The translations under genes were made by a program, and so were the position numbers. Below are positions 41,196 through 50,818 of a DNA stretch of 64,000 nt, piece after piece (the first letter of the stretch is position 1; each line of letters begins with the position of its first letter). Origin of the DNA: an uncultured Bacilli bacterium (GTDB taxonomy: Bacteria > Bacillota_I > Bacilli_A > RF39 > UBA660); contig CAKOKS010000006.1 of NCBI GenBank assembly GCA_934095845.1, positions 258 to 64,257 on the forward strand, read 5' to 3'. Under the pieces are notes generated by a model. It was not told the origin of the DNA. It saw nothing but the letters and a program-made list of their open reading frames with translations, and ran no database searches.

Positions 41196-42545
41196 TTACT
41201 TAATTAAAGTTATACGAGCATATCCATTACCAGATTTAGCACAATTTTCTGTTGGTGTTGAGTTTACACATGTTGTGCTTATAGTTTTAGTTGATTCTTC
41301 TGTAGATTCTTCACAGTTATAACAATACATTACTTTTTCTGTTAAAAGTGAGTTTCCTATATATCCTGAGCCTCCTGCTCCTGATGAAGCACAACTATTA
41401 CCACTTTTAAAGCTTGCAGCTCCACCTCCGTAGAAACCTCCTCCGCCTCCACCGGCACCGAAAGTTCCTGTTGTTGAATTACCACTTGGAGCTGAACCAC
41501 CTTTTCCAAATGATGCTTGAGAAGCATCACTATCTCCGCGAGTACCTGCTGTTGTTTGTGTACCTCCAGTTGGAGTAAAGCAACTTCCTGTTCCTTTAGA
41601 ACCAGTTAATCCACCGCCAGAACCACCAGGACGTCCACTATTTTCTCCTGCTCCGCCTCCGCCTCCAGAGACAATAAGTATACTATCTTTAGAATTTTCT
41701 AAAGTAGATAAGAGTCCAGAAACCAATGACATATGAGTAGCTCCGCCTCCGCCACCTCCAGGATTAGATATTGATCCAGCAGTTTTTTGACCAGAGCCTC
41801 CGCCATTATATCCATTTTTAGCTGATATAGATTGACCACCAATATATATGTATAGTAAACTATTTTCATTTAAATCTAAGTTTCCAGTTGAATATCCACC
41901 ATATCCACCTATTGATTTATTACCACTACCTGAGCCTCCTTGTGCTCCCCAAGTTTCGATTTTGTATGTTCCACTTATTGGAACGGTAAATGTTTGTTCT
42001 CCACCAGTATAATCAAATGTCCATTCTGTTGGGCCTGAATAACTTTCTCCTAATGTATCTCTTTCTACTGCATTAAATGTTAATTCACATACATATTCTT
42101 CTTTTACTTCTTCGGTTGCTGTTTTGTTTAATGTTACTGTTAATGTTCCATTTAATGAAGTCTTTGCTTTTACTACTGTTGCATTATTTTCTAGTTCATT
42201 TTTAATGCTTGTATATTTTGCTTCTGCATCATCTTTTACTTTACAATTAACAGTCACCTCTGCATCATAGTTTGCTGAATTATTTGTTACTTCATAATTT
42301 AATACCGATGTTTGATTTAATGTTTTTAAATCACTTGTTTCAAATGTAATTATTTTCTTTGTATCATCTACTACTGAACTATATACATCCTTTCCATCTA
42401 ATGTTGCTGATGTGAATATTACTGAAAAGTCTTCTGTGTTTTCAGAAACTTTTGCATTGCCATTTATTACTAAAGTTGTACTTATGGCAGCAAATCCTAT
42501 ACAGATTATTAAAATTGTAATTATTAACATATTTCTCCTTTTCAT
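41196..42545 (-). CDS. Surface-family member P5: N-module plus a glycine-rich domain.
   Basis: The N-module is about 80 percent identical to P1 and P4. The C-terminal part has repeated GG.GGG blocks (WGAQGGSGSG..., GGGGGGATH, SGGGGGAGE, GAGGGGGGFYGGG) and a Cys-containing tail. Confidence 0.8.
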   Translation of the reverse strand: MKRRNMLIITILIICIGFAAISTTLVINGNAKVSENTEDFSVIFTSATLDGKDVYSSVVDDTKKIITFETSDLKTLNQTSVLNYEVTNNSANYDAEVTVNCKVKDDAEAKYTSIKNELENNATVVKAKTSLNGTLTVTLNKTATEEVKEEYVCELTFNAVERDTLGESYSGPTEWTFDYTGGEQTFTVPISGTYKIETWGAQGGSGSGNKSIGGYGGYSTGNLDLNENSLLYIYIGGQSISAKNGYNGGGSGQKTAGSISNPGGGGGGATHMSLVSGLLSTLENSKDSILIVSGGGGGAGENSGRPGGSGGGLTGSKGTGSCFTPTGGTQTTAGTRGDSDASQASFGKGGSAPSGNSTTGTFGAGGGGGGFYGGGAASFKSGNSCASSGAGGSGYIGNSLLTEKVMYCYNCEESTEESTKTISTTCVNSTPTENCAKSGNGYARITLIK

Positions 42546-42656
42546 TATACACACACCATTCTAGGATAATTATACAATATTTTAGTTTTATTTTTACTTT
42601 TATATTATTATTGTGTGTAAAAGTTTACAAATTTATTGTAAAAAAATAGATAACAT

Positions 42657-43502
42657 TTATTTATTATCTATTTTATAAATTATAATTGTTTTTTCTTTAC
42701 CATACTTTTTATAATCTTGTGTTGATTTAGGAACTATATAATTTTCAAAATCTTCTTTATTAAAATCTAATATTTTATCTATAAAATCTTGTTCATGTAA
42801 AAAGTCTGAAAAGCCATCACTATAAAGTAAAACTGTATCTTCATTTTCTAACTCAATTTCTCCACTTTTAATAAAACTAATTGCTTCTTTTTCTCCAGTA
42901 ATTGCGCCAAATGAAACACATACGCCATCATGAATATTATCTGGTTTATTTCTAAAATCACGCCTTACAATTACTCTAGTTTCTGGTAAATGCCAAGTAT
43001 TACCAGTTATTTTTGATTTATAAGGATCACTATAGAGTGCTTTATCATCATCTGTTTGGAATTTTATATTACCTAGTTTGTCATAAACAATTACGCCTGA
43101 ATCACATATATACGCAAATTTAAGAGTACTTTCTTTTATTTCAATACATGATGCAACTGCTCCATAATAGTCGTTTTCTAAATAATCACATTCTTTAATA
43201 TATTTTTTATTTAGTAAGTTAACTGCTTCATTACATTTAATTAATTTTTCTTTTAAAGTACCATTCTCTTCTTCAAAAGTTTTACATATCTCTTTAGCAC
43301 ACATTTCTGCTCCACTTGGATTAGGATAATTAATAATTAAATCTTTTTTTGAACATTTAGAAAAGTCTTTTATTCCAATTGGATCTCTTGTTATTCCATC
43401 AGCTATAATAGCTGTATTTTCATTAGCATAATATTGATCTTCTACTGGAAAATTAATATTACTAGTTAATATATTTTCAAAAGTATTTTTATATAATAAC
43501 AT
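42657..43502 (-). CDS. PP2C/SpoIIE-like phosphatase domain protein (tentative).
   Basis: AIIADGITRD and TVLLYSDGFSDF resemble the metal-binding motifs of PP2C-type phosphatases. Confidence 0.4.
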   Translation of the reverse strand: MLLYKNTFENILTSNINFPVEDQYYANENTAIIADGITRDPIGIKDFSKCSKKDLIINYPNPSGAEMCAKEICKTFEEENGTLKEKLIKCNEAVNLLNKKYIKECDYLENDYYGAVASCIEIKESTLKFAYICDSGVIVYDKLGNIKFQTDDDKALYSDPYKSKITGNTWHLPETRVIVRRDFRNKPDNIHDGVCVSFGAITGEKEAISFIKSGEIELENEDTVLLYSDGFSDFLHEQDFIDKILDFNKEDFENYIVPKSTQDYKKYGKEKTIIIYKIDNK

Positions 43503-43516
43503 TTTAACAACTCCTT

Positions 43517-44419
43517 TTATTTGTTTTTATGTTTAGTAACTAACTCTTTTATTTTTCTAAAATGATGATTTATTCCGGATTTAGTTATATTTATATCTGT
43601 TTCTAAAGATATAATTTCTGCAAGTTCATTCATTGTTGTTTCTGGATATTTAAGTCTATAAGATATTATTAATTTAGTTTTATCATCTAATAAAGACTCT
43701 AAATCATTTTCTTTTAAATAATTTATATTTTCTATTTGTTCATTACAAGTTTTCATAGATTTTTCAACATTTGCTTGTTCACAGTTATTAAGTCTATTAA
43801 CCATGTTTTTATGGTCCCTATAAATTCTTATATCTTCAAAATAGAATAATGCATTTATTGCTCCTATTAACTTAATAAAGTCACTTATTTCTTCTGCTTG
43901 TTTTAAGTAAACCATATAACCTTTTTCTCTTTTTAATATTTTACTTGAGAATCTAAAATGTTTAAGTAATTTATCAACTGTTTTTGCATATCCTTCATTA
44001 TCTATTAAAAATTCAAGATGATATTTACTTTTAGCTGGATCATTAATGGAACCTGTTGCTAAAAATACTCCCTTTAAGAAAGATATTTGTTCTTCATCTG
44101 AAAAAGTAAGTATATTTTTATAAATATTATCAACATCTAATTTTATAGTATTAACTTTTTCAGTTACTTGAAGTAAATATATTTTTTTTACTAAAAATTT
44201 TTTTTGAGTTCTTATAGTTAATTTTATATTAACTCCATATATTCTTTTAAGAAGATTAAACATTCTTCTTGCTACACTTGAATTTTCTGTTTTTATTAAT
44301 ATAGATTCATCTATAGAATCATTATATTTTAAGAATGAACAAAGTTCACTTAAAGATTCTAATTTATTAGTTTCTATTTTAGATATTTCATCTTTTATTT
44401 GAGTTGTAAATGATGCCAT
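43517..44419 (-). CDS. whiA: DNA-binding protein WhiA.
   Basis: MASFTTQIKDEISK..., a LAGLIDADG-like middle region and a C-terminal HTH (KSGINHHFRKI). Confidence 0.85.
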   Translation of the reverse strand: MASFTTQIKDEISKIETNKLESLSELCSFLKYNDSIDESILIKTENSSVARRMFNLLKRIYGVNIKLTIRTQKKFLVKKIYLLQVTEKVNTIKLDVDNIYKNILTFSDEEQISFLKGVFLATGSINDPAKSKYHLEFLIDNEGYAKTVDKLLKHFRFSSKILKREKGYMVYLKQAEEISDFIKLIGAINALFYFEDIRIYRDHKNMVNRLNNCEQANVEKSMKTCNEQIENINYLKENDLESLLDDKTKLIISYRLKYPETTMNELAEIISLETDINITKSGINHHFRKIKELVTKHKNK

Positions 44420-44493
44420 GTTAACCTCCTCAATGTAATATTATTATATCAAATTTATTTTATAAAAAAATGATAATTTTTAAATTACCATTT

Positions 44494-46140
44494 TTAGAAT
44501 ATTTCTTTTAATTCTTTTTTAATATCATTAACTACTTTTATTAAATCAGGATTATACTTTTTACTTTCAGTTACTAATATATTTTTTATAGCTACATTAA
44601 ACGATTTAGATAAAGCATATTGATAAATTCTCACAGCAACATTTGTTATTTGAGCTTCTATCGGTATAGATTCTCCACTTATAGAATTTGGATAACCTGT
44701 ACCATTAAAGTTTTCAAAACTATATTTAATTATATTATTAGCAACTAAAAGTGTACCTTCGTCTTTAATATAATTTTTTAATAGTATTTCACCATATTCT
44801 ATTTCTTCTTTTATAGCATCACTTGTAATAACTGAATCTTTAGATAAAGCAATTGAACCTACATTATAAAGTGCACATGTATTTACAATTTTATCAATGT
44901 ATTTAGCTTCTAAATTATATTTAGGATAGTTATTTGCAAGTGTTAAAGAAATAAGTCTAACTATTTTCTTTAAAGTATTTGATTCTTTAGAAGTTTCAAT
45001 ATTATTAATTATTTTATTTATTATTATTTCTAATGATTTATTATCATTTGCAGTTTTTAATTCTTCATTTTGAACATCAACTATATTTTGTAAGTTATTA
45101 CTCGATTGATATAGTTTAATAATTTTACCAAATCTTCTTCTTATATTTTCTGTATTAAATGGTTTTTCTAACATATCAACAATTTCATATTGATATACTC
45201 TTTTTCTTGTTTCTCTTGATTCATCTCCACTTATAATAGCAACAGGGATTCTTGAAAATAAATCATTTGAACGCATAAAGTTAAGAACTTCAAATCCATC
45301 TGATTCTGGCATTATTAAATCTAAAAGCATACCTACAATGTTTTCTTTAGAGCCATTTAAATCGTTTGATAAAACATTTTCAGTAATTATATTTATTGCT
45401 TCTTCTCCATTTTTAGCAACTAATATTTCATATTCATTTGAAAATATTCTTTTTAAAGAGTTTCTTATAATTGATGAATCATCTACAATTAAAATAGAAG
45501 GTTTTTTATAACTACTAGAAAGTGCCATTTTATTAAGAATAGCTTTATTTAATTCAGGATGTTCTTCAGTAACTTTATTAAATACTGAATTAATATATTG
45601 TCTTGTTTCTTGATTACTATTCGAGTTTTCAAGTGCATGATTAATTAAATAAATGGCATCACTTATACTTTTATTTTCTTTATCAAGTTTTTTCTTATAA
45701 TCAACTACTTCAGTTTCTAGTTTGTCATTTTCACTTTCGATATCTGTTAAACGATTACTAATATCTTCACTCATCATGAAAATCATTTTTTTATTTTCAA
45801 ATGGTAAATAATTAATAATATTTACAAACCATTTATATTCTCCAGTTTCACAAAGTTTACGATATTTTACTTTAGTTTCACTGTTACCTCTTTCTCTTTC
45901 ATTTTCAAGTTTATTAATAGATAATGCATCAAAGTAAGCATTTAAATCACTTGCTGCTACAAATCTTTTAGCCATTTCAATAAAGTTCATATATGAAAGA
46001 GTTTCTTTAATTACTAAACTATTACTAACAGTAAATTCAAATTTATATACTTTATCTCCAGGTATATCAATTGCATATATATTTGAGTAATTTGCATTGA
46101 TAATTCTAGATACTTGTTCAATTAATCCCATTTCATTCAT
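44494..46140 (-). CDS. Response-regulator receiver domain protein with a degenerate HD-GYP-like C-terminal domain.
   Basis: REC domain: ILIVDDSSIIRNSL...LLDLIMPESDG. In the C-terminal domain GTGYP is retained, but the HD position reads ALYNVGS. Confidence 0.6.
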   Translation of the reverse strand: MNEMGLIEQVSRIINANYSNIYAIDIPGDKVYKFEFTVSNSLVIKETLSYMNFIEMAKRFVAASDLNAYFDALSINKLENERERGNSETKVKYRKLCETGEYKWFVNIINYLPFENKKMIFMMSEDISNRLTDIESENDKLETEVVDYKKKLDKENKSISDAIYLINHALENSNSNQETRQYINSVFNKVTEEHPELNKAILNKMALSSSYKKPSILIVDDSSIIRNSLKRIFSNEYEILVAKNGEEAINIITENVLSNDLNGSKENIVGMLLDLIMPESDGFEVLNFMRSNDLFSRIPVAIISGDESRETRKRVYQYEIVDMLEKPFNTENIRRRFGKIIKLYQSSNNLQNIVDVQNEELKTANDNKSLEIIINKIINNIETSKESNTLKKIVRLISLTLANNYPKYNLEAKYIDKIVNTCALYNVGSIALSKDSVITSDAIKEEIEYGEILLKNYIKDEGTLLVANNIIKYSFENFNGTGYPNSISGESIPIEAQITNVAVRIYQYALSKSFNVAIKNILVTESKKYNPDLIKVVNDIKKELKEIF

Positions 46141-46237
46141 TTTAATCCCTATCCTTACTATTAGTAATTATATCATGTTAAACATTAGTTGTAAATTAGA
46201 GAAATTTTGACAAAAAAAAGAAAACTTAAAAAGTTCT

Positions 46238-47047
46238 CTATCTAGATAAAGTTAATTTTACTGAATTTAAGTCTAATGTCGATTTCTTACTTTGTGGATT
46301 TTCTGAAAATAAGAATTCATCCTCTAAATAAGGTATAAATTTTAAGTTATCTGCCATAAATGTTAAATCTGCTCCATGAATTCTAAGTAATTTAATAATA
46401 TCTTCTACCATTGTTTCTGATCCATTATTCTTTTTACCTAATAATGTTAATATATCACTTACTTGAGGATTTTTTTGATTTCTTTCACACTCTTCTATGT
46501 AAAGATTAATACTTTCCATTATTGTTCTTACATATTCATAAACACTTGGAGAAGAAAAACCCATTACTTGCATACGATAACTCATAATATAAAACGTTTT
46601 TATTTCTTCATTAATAAATTTTATATACGATATTAATAAATTATATATAGTTTTTATTTCTCTTTTTATAATACTATCTTCTGTTTCTTTAAAGATAGTG
46701 AATGATTTGATTGGTTTTATACTTTCATATTTATCTGCTAATACAAAAAAGTCATTTAAGTTATAATTTTCAAAAGGATAATCAAAAATTTTTCCAAATT
46801 GGTTCGTTTCATCATGAGTACTAATTTTATCATAGTATGTATTTGCAAATGTTATTTCATATGCTGGGTTAATTTTTTCAACACCAATTGTTTCATAATT
46901 ATTATTTAATAAAATATGTAATCCATCTATAGGTGTTCTAACTAAAATAACATTGTTAAATGCTTCAGCATCTACATTATATAGTCCATATTTATCACAT
47001 TCTTTTTTAAAATCTTCACTAGCTAATATTTCTTCCCTTTTTTTCAT
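46238..47047 (-). CDS. Hypothetical protein (about 269 aa).
   Basis: AAAGGAAG precedes the ATG at 47047. Confidence 0.45.
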   Translation of the reverse strand: MKKREEILASEDFKKECDKYGLYNVDAEAFNNVILVRTPIDGLHILLNNNYETIGVEKINPAYEITFANTYYDKISTHDETNQFGKIFDYPFENYNLNDFFVLADKYESIKPIKSFTIFKETEDSIIKREIKTIYNLLISYIKFINEEIKTFYIMSYRMQVMGFSSPSVYEYVRTIMESINLYIEECERNQKNPQVSDILTLLGKKNNGSETMVEDIIKLLRIHGADLTFMADNLKFIPYLEDEFLFSENPQSKKSTLDLNSVKLTLSR

Positions 47048-47536
47048 AAGCCACTTCCTTTGTTGATTACATATTGTATTACAAAAGAAGAAAATATGCA
47101 AATCTTTTACAGATCATTTTTATCCATTAAGTCAACTAGATTTTTTGATGAAAAAACAGTGAATTTATTAATCTAATTTTATAAACAAAATAAATAAGCA
47201 CAAATATTTTTAATCTTATCTTTAATCCTTATTATCTTCCTTTTATTATTATTGTTATCTAAAACTATAATATAAAAGAAAATCACCTAACTCAGCAATG
47301 ATTTAGGTGAACACCATTTTTAAGGCAACACTCAACATGCTAATATTAAATGTCCCTTTTTTATTGTATGCAAGTTTCCTTGACATATTCATAATATCAT
47401 AAATAAGGTATTTTAACAAGTCACTTTATTGGTTAACAATACTTTCTTATATTAATATTTAATTATTCATTTTGGTTATCTAAACTTTTAACCATTTTTT
47501 TTACTTCTTCATTTCCAATTGGTGTAATAGTTGCTT

Positions 47537-48457
47537 TTACTTCAGGATCTTCATCCCAATAATATATTCTGTTCCATCTATTTCATAACTTTCTTTTAAT
47601 TTTAAAGTTGGTATGTCTATTTCTAATGATTTTATATAAGCTCCATAAGACATATTTATTAAATCTTCATAACCTTTAAATAACAATTTATAATTTGCAT
47701 AAGCTAAATATCCATTTGAAGAAGAACTAATTTTTAAGTTTGTATCTTGTTGATATAAAATTGCTACTCTTTTTGAAAGAACATTATAAAGTTCGATTAA
47801 TTCTTTTCTTATTGATTTAACACCGATAATATTAGCCAAATCCATTTCAAATAAATATTTTTCCATGTCCTTACATTGTTTTGGCCAAGCATGATTTTGA
47901 ATTTGTATATCTGTATAACTATTCCAAATACTAGTTATAATCTCAGCCGCGATACACTTTCCTATAGATAGATTTTGTTCATCTACTTCAATTGATTCAT
48001 CAATTTTTCTTTTTGGAAAATTAGTTAACCATTCTTTAATAATACTTCTTATTTTAAAAGTTTGGCCTTTATAATCATCATATTTTCCCATTCCTTCATC
48101 CATAAAATATGTATTAATAACACTTCTATCATAATCACTTAATCTATAATTTGCTTTAATTAAATAATCACTATATTCAATATCCATATGTGGTTGTATT
48201 ATTTTTTCTTGTTTTATCCATAAAGTTGTTGACCAGTCACTATCTGATTTACGTTCAAAGAATCTTTTAAATAATTTTTCACTATCATACAATGAATCTT
48301 CAACTGGCATTTGTTTTTCAAAAAAACGTAGGAAAATCATAAATTCTGATGCTAAAAAACTTGGTTCATAACCATTTTTGACCTTACACATCATAAACTC
48401 TACTATTAAATCATCTACTGTTAACTTATGTTCTAAATTTACCATAAAACCCTCCAT
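47537..48457 (-). CDS. Hypothetical protein (306 aa), accessory.
   Basis: ORF only. A plausible alternative C-terminal frame (...WDEDPEVKATITPIGNEEVKKMVKSLDNQNE) continues to about 47461, suggesting a possible frameshift near 47545-47575. Confidence 0.4.
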   Translation of the reverse strand: MEGFMVNLEHKLTVDDLIVEFMMCKVKNGYEPSFLASEFMIFLRFFEKQMPVEDSLYDSEKLFKRFFERKSDSDWSTTLWIKQEKIIQPHMDIEYSDYLIKANYRLSDYDRSVINTYFMDEGMGKYDDYKGQTFKIRSIIKEWLTNFPKRKIDESIEVDEQNLSIGKCIAAEIITSIWNSYTDIQIQNHAWPKQCKDMEKYLFEMDLANIIGVKSIRKELIELYNVLSKRVAILYQQDTNLKISSSSNGYLAYANYKLLFKGYEDLINMSYGAYIKSLEIDIPTLKLKESYEIDGTEYIIGMKILK

Positions 48458-48545
48458 AAATACAAAAATACTATTTTATATCACATTTTAATTAAAAATA
48501 AATAATCAGTCATATCGTATTAACTAATTACTTATTTTTCATAAA

Positions 48546-48947
48546 TTATAAATTTTTAGTTTGAGAAAATTGATTAGCTATAATACCATTTTGAGGCATA
48601 ATCATATGAAAACCATTTGGAGTTGTTAGCATTCCTATTCCATTGGAACCTTCAATGTTATAAATCGCATTATCCCATTCATTATTAGTGTTCATTGCTT
48701 TTAGTTCTTCTAATGGAGTAAATTCACCAAAAAAATACATTTCATCATCTTCACTAAGTATCTTCTTTTTAGTTTTACCAAATTCTTCATATTCGACATA
48801 ATCAATAAATTTGAAAGCAGCCAATCCATTTTGATAAGTAATTAAACTAGGATCTTTGCTTTCTACTTTTGATATACCTTCATCTAAACCTATAAAATGA
48901 TTGTCCCAATATGTTTTTACTCCTGTATAAAATCTTAGATAACTCAT
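48546..48947 (-). CDS. Hypothetical protein (133 aa), accessory.
   Basis: ORF only. Confidence 0.4.
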   Translation of the reverse strand: MSYLRFYTGVKTYWDNHFIGLDEGISKVESKDPSLITYQNGLAAFKFIDYVEYEEFGKTKKKILSEDDEMYFFGEFTPLEELKAMNTNNEWDNAIYNIEGSNGIGMLTTPNGFHMIMPQNGIIANQFSQTKNL

Positions 48948-49099
48948 TATTTCACCCTCCTTTTTAATAAATATATTTAATTATTGTGTAAAAAAGGTAA
49001 GTTCTCTAATAAACACATTAATTAAATAATTGAGATTTATTATAGCATAAACTTTAGTATATTAAAACCCAAACTTTTATAGTCTAAATTTTAAATTAT

Positions 49100-49500
49100 T
49101 TGGTTTCGATCAAAGCTTTATTGTTTTCATTTATTTTTTCTTATAATAATTCTAATTCTTTTATTAGGTATAATTTGAATTCTGGACTTAACCAACTAGC
49201 AAATTCAAATGCTATATCAGGATGTGCAAATGTTCCACCTTCATATCTTCCAGATTTTGAAACAATTCCAATTGCATTAGTTTCTTTAGTCCATTTTTGT
49301 GGGGACATTTTAAATTTATTACTACCTGCTTCATTTTTAAAGGGGTGGCGAATTCGCCACCCCTTTAAAATTTTCATTATTTATTCTTTCCCACAATCCT
49401 AAATAAGAAATAACTTCTTTATTTCTCATCCAATCTCTAATTGGAAATCTTGGTTCTTCGGCATCAGCATATCTTGCCATATCAGTTAATGATATATAAT
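49100..49500 (-). pseudogene. KilA-N domain gene remnant, homolog of 4916-5809.
   Basis: Retains GGTFAHPDIAFEFASWLSPEFKLYLIKE. Defects: an internal deletion joining LIKE to LELLQEK..., a 36 bp palindrome that introduces a stop, and loss of the N-terminal start. Confidence 0.7.
49335..49370. repeat. Perfect 36 bp palindrome TTTTAAAGGGGTGGCGAATTCGCCACCCCTTTAAAA.
   Basis: Read directly from the sequence. It has a GC-rich core centred on GAATTC, within roughly 27 percent GC DNA. Confidence 0.9.
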
Positions 49501-49584
49501 ATATATTCTTCTTTCTAAATATTCATTTTCTAAAATCAATTTTATCATAAAACTTGCTTAATAATTTTTATAATTATTAAAAAA

Positions 49585-49626
49585 CGAACTAAATAAATTA
49601 GTTCGAGTTATTATCATTCTGGTGCG
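49585..49626 (-). repeat. att-like site (distal junction of IME-B).
   Basis: Hairpin CGAACTAA..TTAGTTCG, a 14 nt spacer, then TGGTGCG. The flank is homologous to 6228-6300. Confidence 0.4.
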
Positions 49627-49731
49627 ATAGTTAAGATAGTCCGAAACCATCACAACAAATAAATAAACAATTTAATTCTATAATCATTATACCATGACTT
49701 TTACTAATTTTGATAAATTATTTTTATAAAA

Positions 49732-49769
49732 ATGAAAAAGACCTAAGGCTTCTAAAGTTTCCTAGGCAC
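49732..49769 (-). terminator. Intrinsic terminator, copy 1 of a 38 bp repeat.
   Basis: The minus strand reads GTGCCTAGGAAACTTTAGAAGCCTTAGGTCTTTTTCAT. A near-identical copy is at 50707-50744, so the two copies bracket the Abi gene. Confidence 0.55.
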
Positions 49770-49802
49770 TTTTCAATATTATTATATGCTATGAATTAAT
49801 AT

Positions 49803-50690
49803 TTATACAATGTAATGGTCCTTATCAAATCCCATTACTTTTAATACTTCATCAATAGTAATTGAAGTTAAATTATTCTTTAAATTATCTAATTCTTTTG
49901 TAATTAAACTTCTCATTCCTATTACTTGATCATTTTCTAATAACAATTCTAAAGATTTAATTATTATATACATATTGGTATGTAATGCTTTATCTGGTGA
50001 TTTTTTAGTTTTATCTAATCTAATATAGAATGTGCTTCTATAAGTATATAATCTATCATCATGAGCTGCTATATTACGAACTGAAGTTAAATTACCAAGA
50101 ATGTTCTTTAATATTCTATCATTTATATGAAATTGTTTACTTATTTCTTGTCTATCTTGTTGTTTCATTAAACCATAAAACTTACTTATAGTTCCAAGTG
50201 ATAATATTTTAGTTACTGCCCAAGGTGGAACAAAACCATATTTACTCATATAATGAGTTATTGCATCATGTTTGCCATTTCCTTTATCAACTTCATTTTT
50301 TATTTCTTCAATTAGTTTTTCCATATGTTCTAAATTAGAATTATCATCTTTTAAATCAAAGTTATTAATATTTAAATAATCTTCTAGTCCATACTTTTCA
50401 GCAAATAGATTAGCAATTTTAGTTTTTATTACTGCTTCTATTTCAAGAATATATTTAAGCATTATTATTTTTAAATTCTTATCAAATTTATACATTGCAA
50501 ATATTTCTTCAAATGAAGCATTATCTTTATAGTTTTCTCCTATTTTAAATATCCATTTATAGGAGTTTACTATTGAATAATAAGAATACTTTTCAATTAA
50601 ATATCTAACATTATTTTCATCTTTTATTGATACACCTTTTGAATTTAATATTTCTATTAATTCATTTGTTGATTTAAATTCTTTAACCAT
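49803..50690 (-). CDS. Abi_2 (AbiD/AbiF-like) abortive-infection family protein.
   Basis: N-terminal pattern F.S..ELIEIL.SKGV.I.D......L....YY...NSYK....... and FEEIFAMYKFDKNLKIIMLKYILEIE, as I recall the family. Confidence 0.65.
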   Translation of the reverse strand: MVKEFKSTNELIEILNSKGVSIKDENNVRYLIEKYSYYSIVNSYKWIFKIGENYKDNASFEEIFAMYKFDKNLKIIMLKYILEIEAVIKTKIANLFAEKYGLEDYLNINNFDLKDDNSNLEHMEKLIEEIKNEVDKGNGKHDAITHYMSKYGFVPPWAVTKILSLGTISKFYGLMKQQDRQEISKQFHINDRILKNILGNLTSVRNIAAHDDRLYTYRSTFYIRLDKTKKSPDKALHTNMYIIIKSLELLLENDQVIGMRSLITKELDNLKNNLTSITIDEVLKVMGFDKDHYIV

Positions 50691-50706
50691 TTTTACCTCC
50701 TATTAA

Positions 50707-50744
50707 ATGAAAAAGACCTAGGGCTTCAAAAGTTTCCTAGGCAC
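50707..50744 (-). terminator. Intrinsic terminator, copy 2 of the 38 bp repeat.
   Basis: See 49732-49769. Confidence 0.55.
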
Positions 50745-50818
50745 ATCTCGATAAATAATATACACTATTTATTGATAAAATGCAATACTTTTGAAGAAAA
50801 ATTTATTTAATTATTCTA

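Noticed and set aside
18183-42554. Idea that the family N-termini are type IV prepilin or class III signal peptides (MKKKG / SLVVAILLL...).
   Set aside because: The residue before the hydrophobic segment is not conserved (G, A, N, S, N). There is no Glu at +5 and no prepilin peptidase or pilus-assembly genes nearby. An ordinary Sec signal or anchor is more likely.
47283-47312. Hairpins at 47283-47312 and 8335-8372, considered as small RNAs or att sites.
   Set aside because: Both sit just downstream of minus-strand genes and are followed by T-rich runs on that strand. They are ordinary intrinsic terminators, although the hairpin at 8335-8372 remains an alternative oriT candidate.
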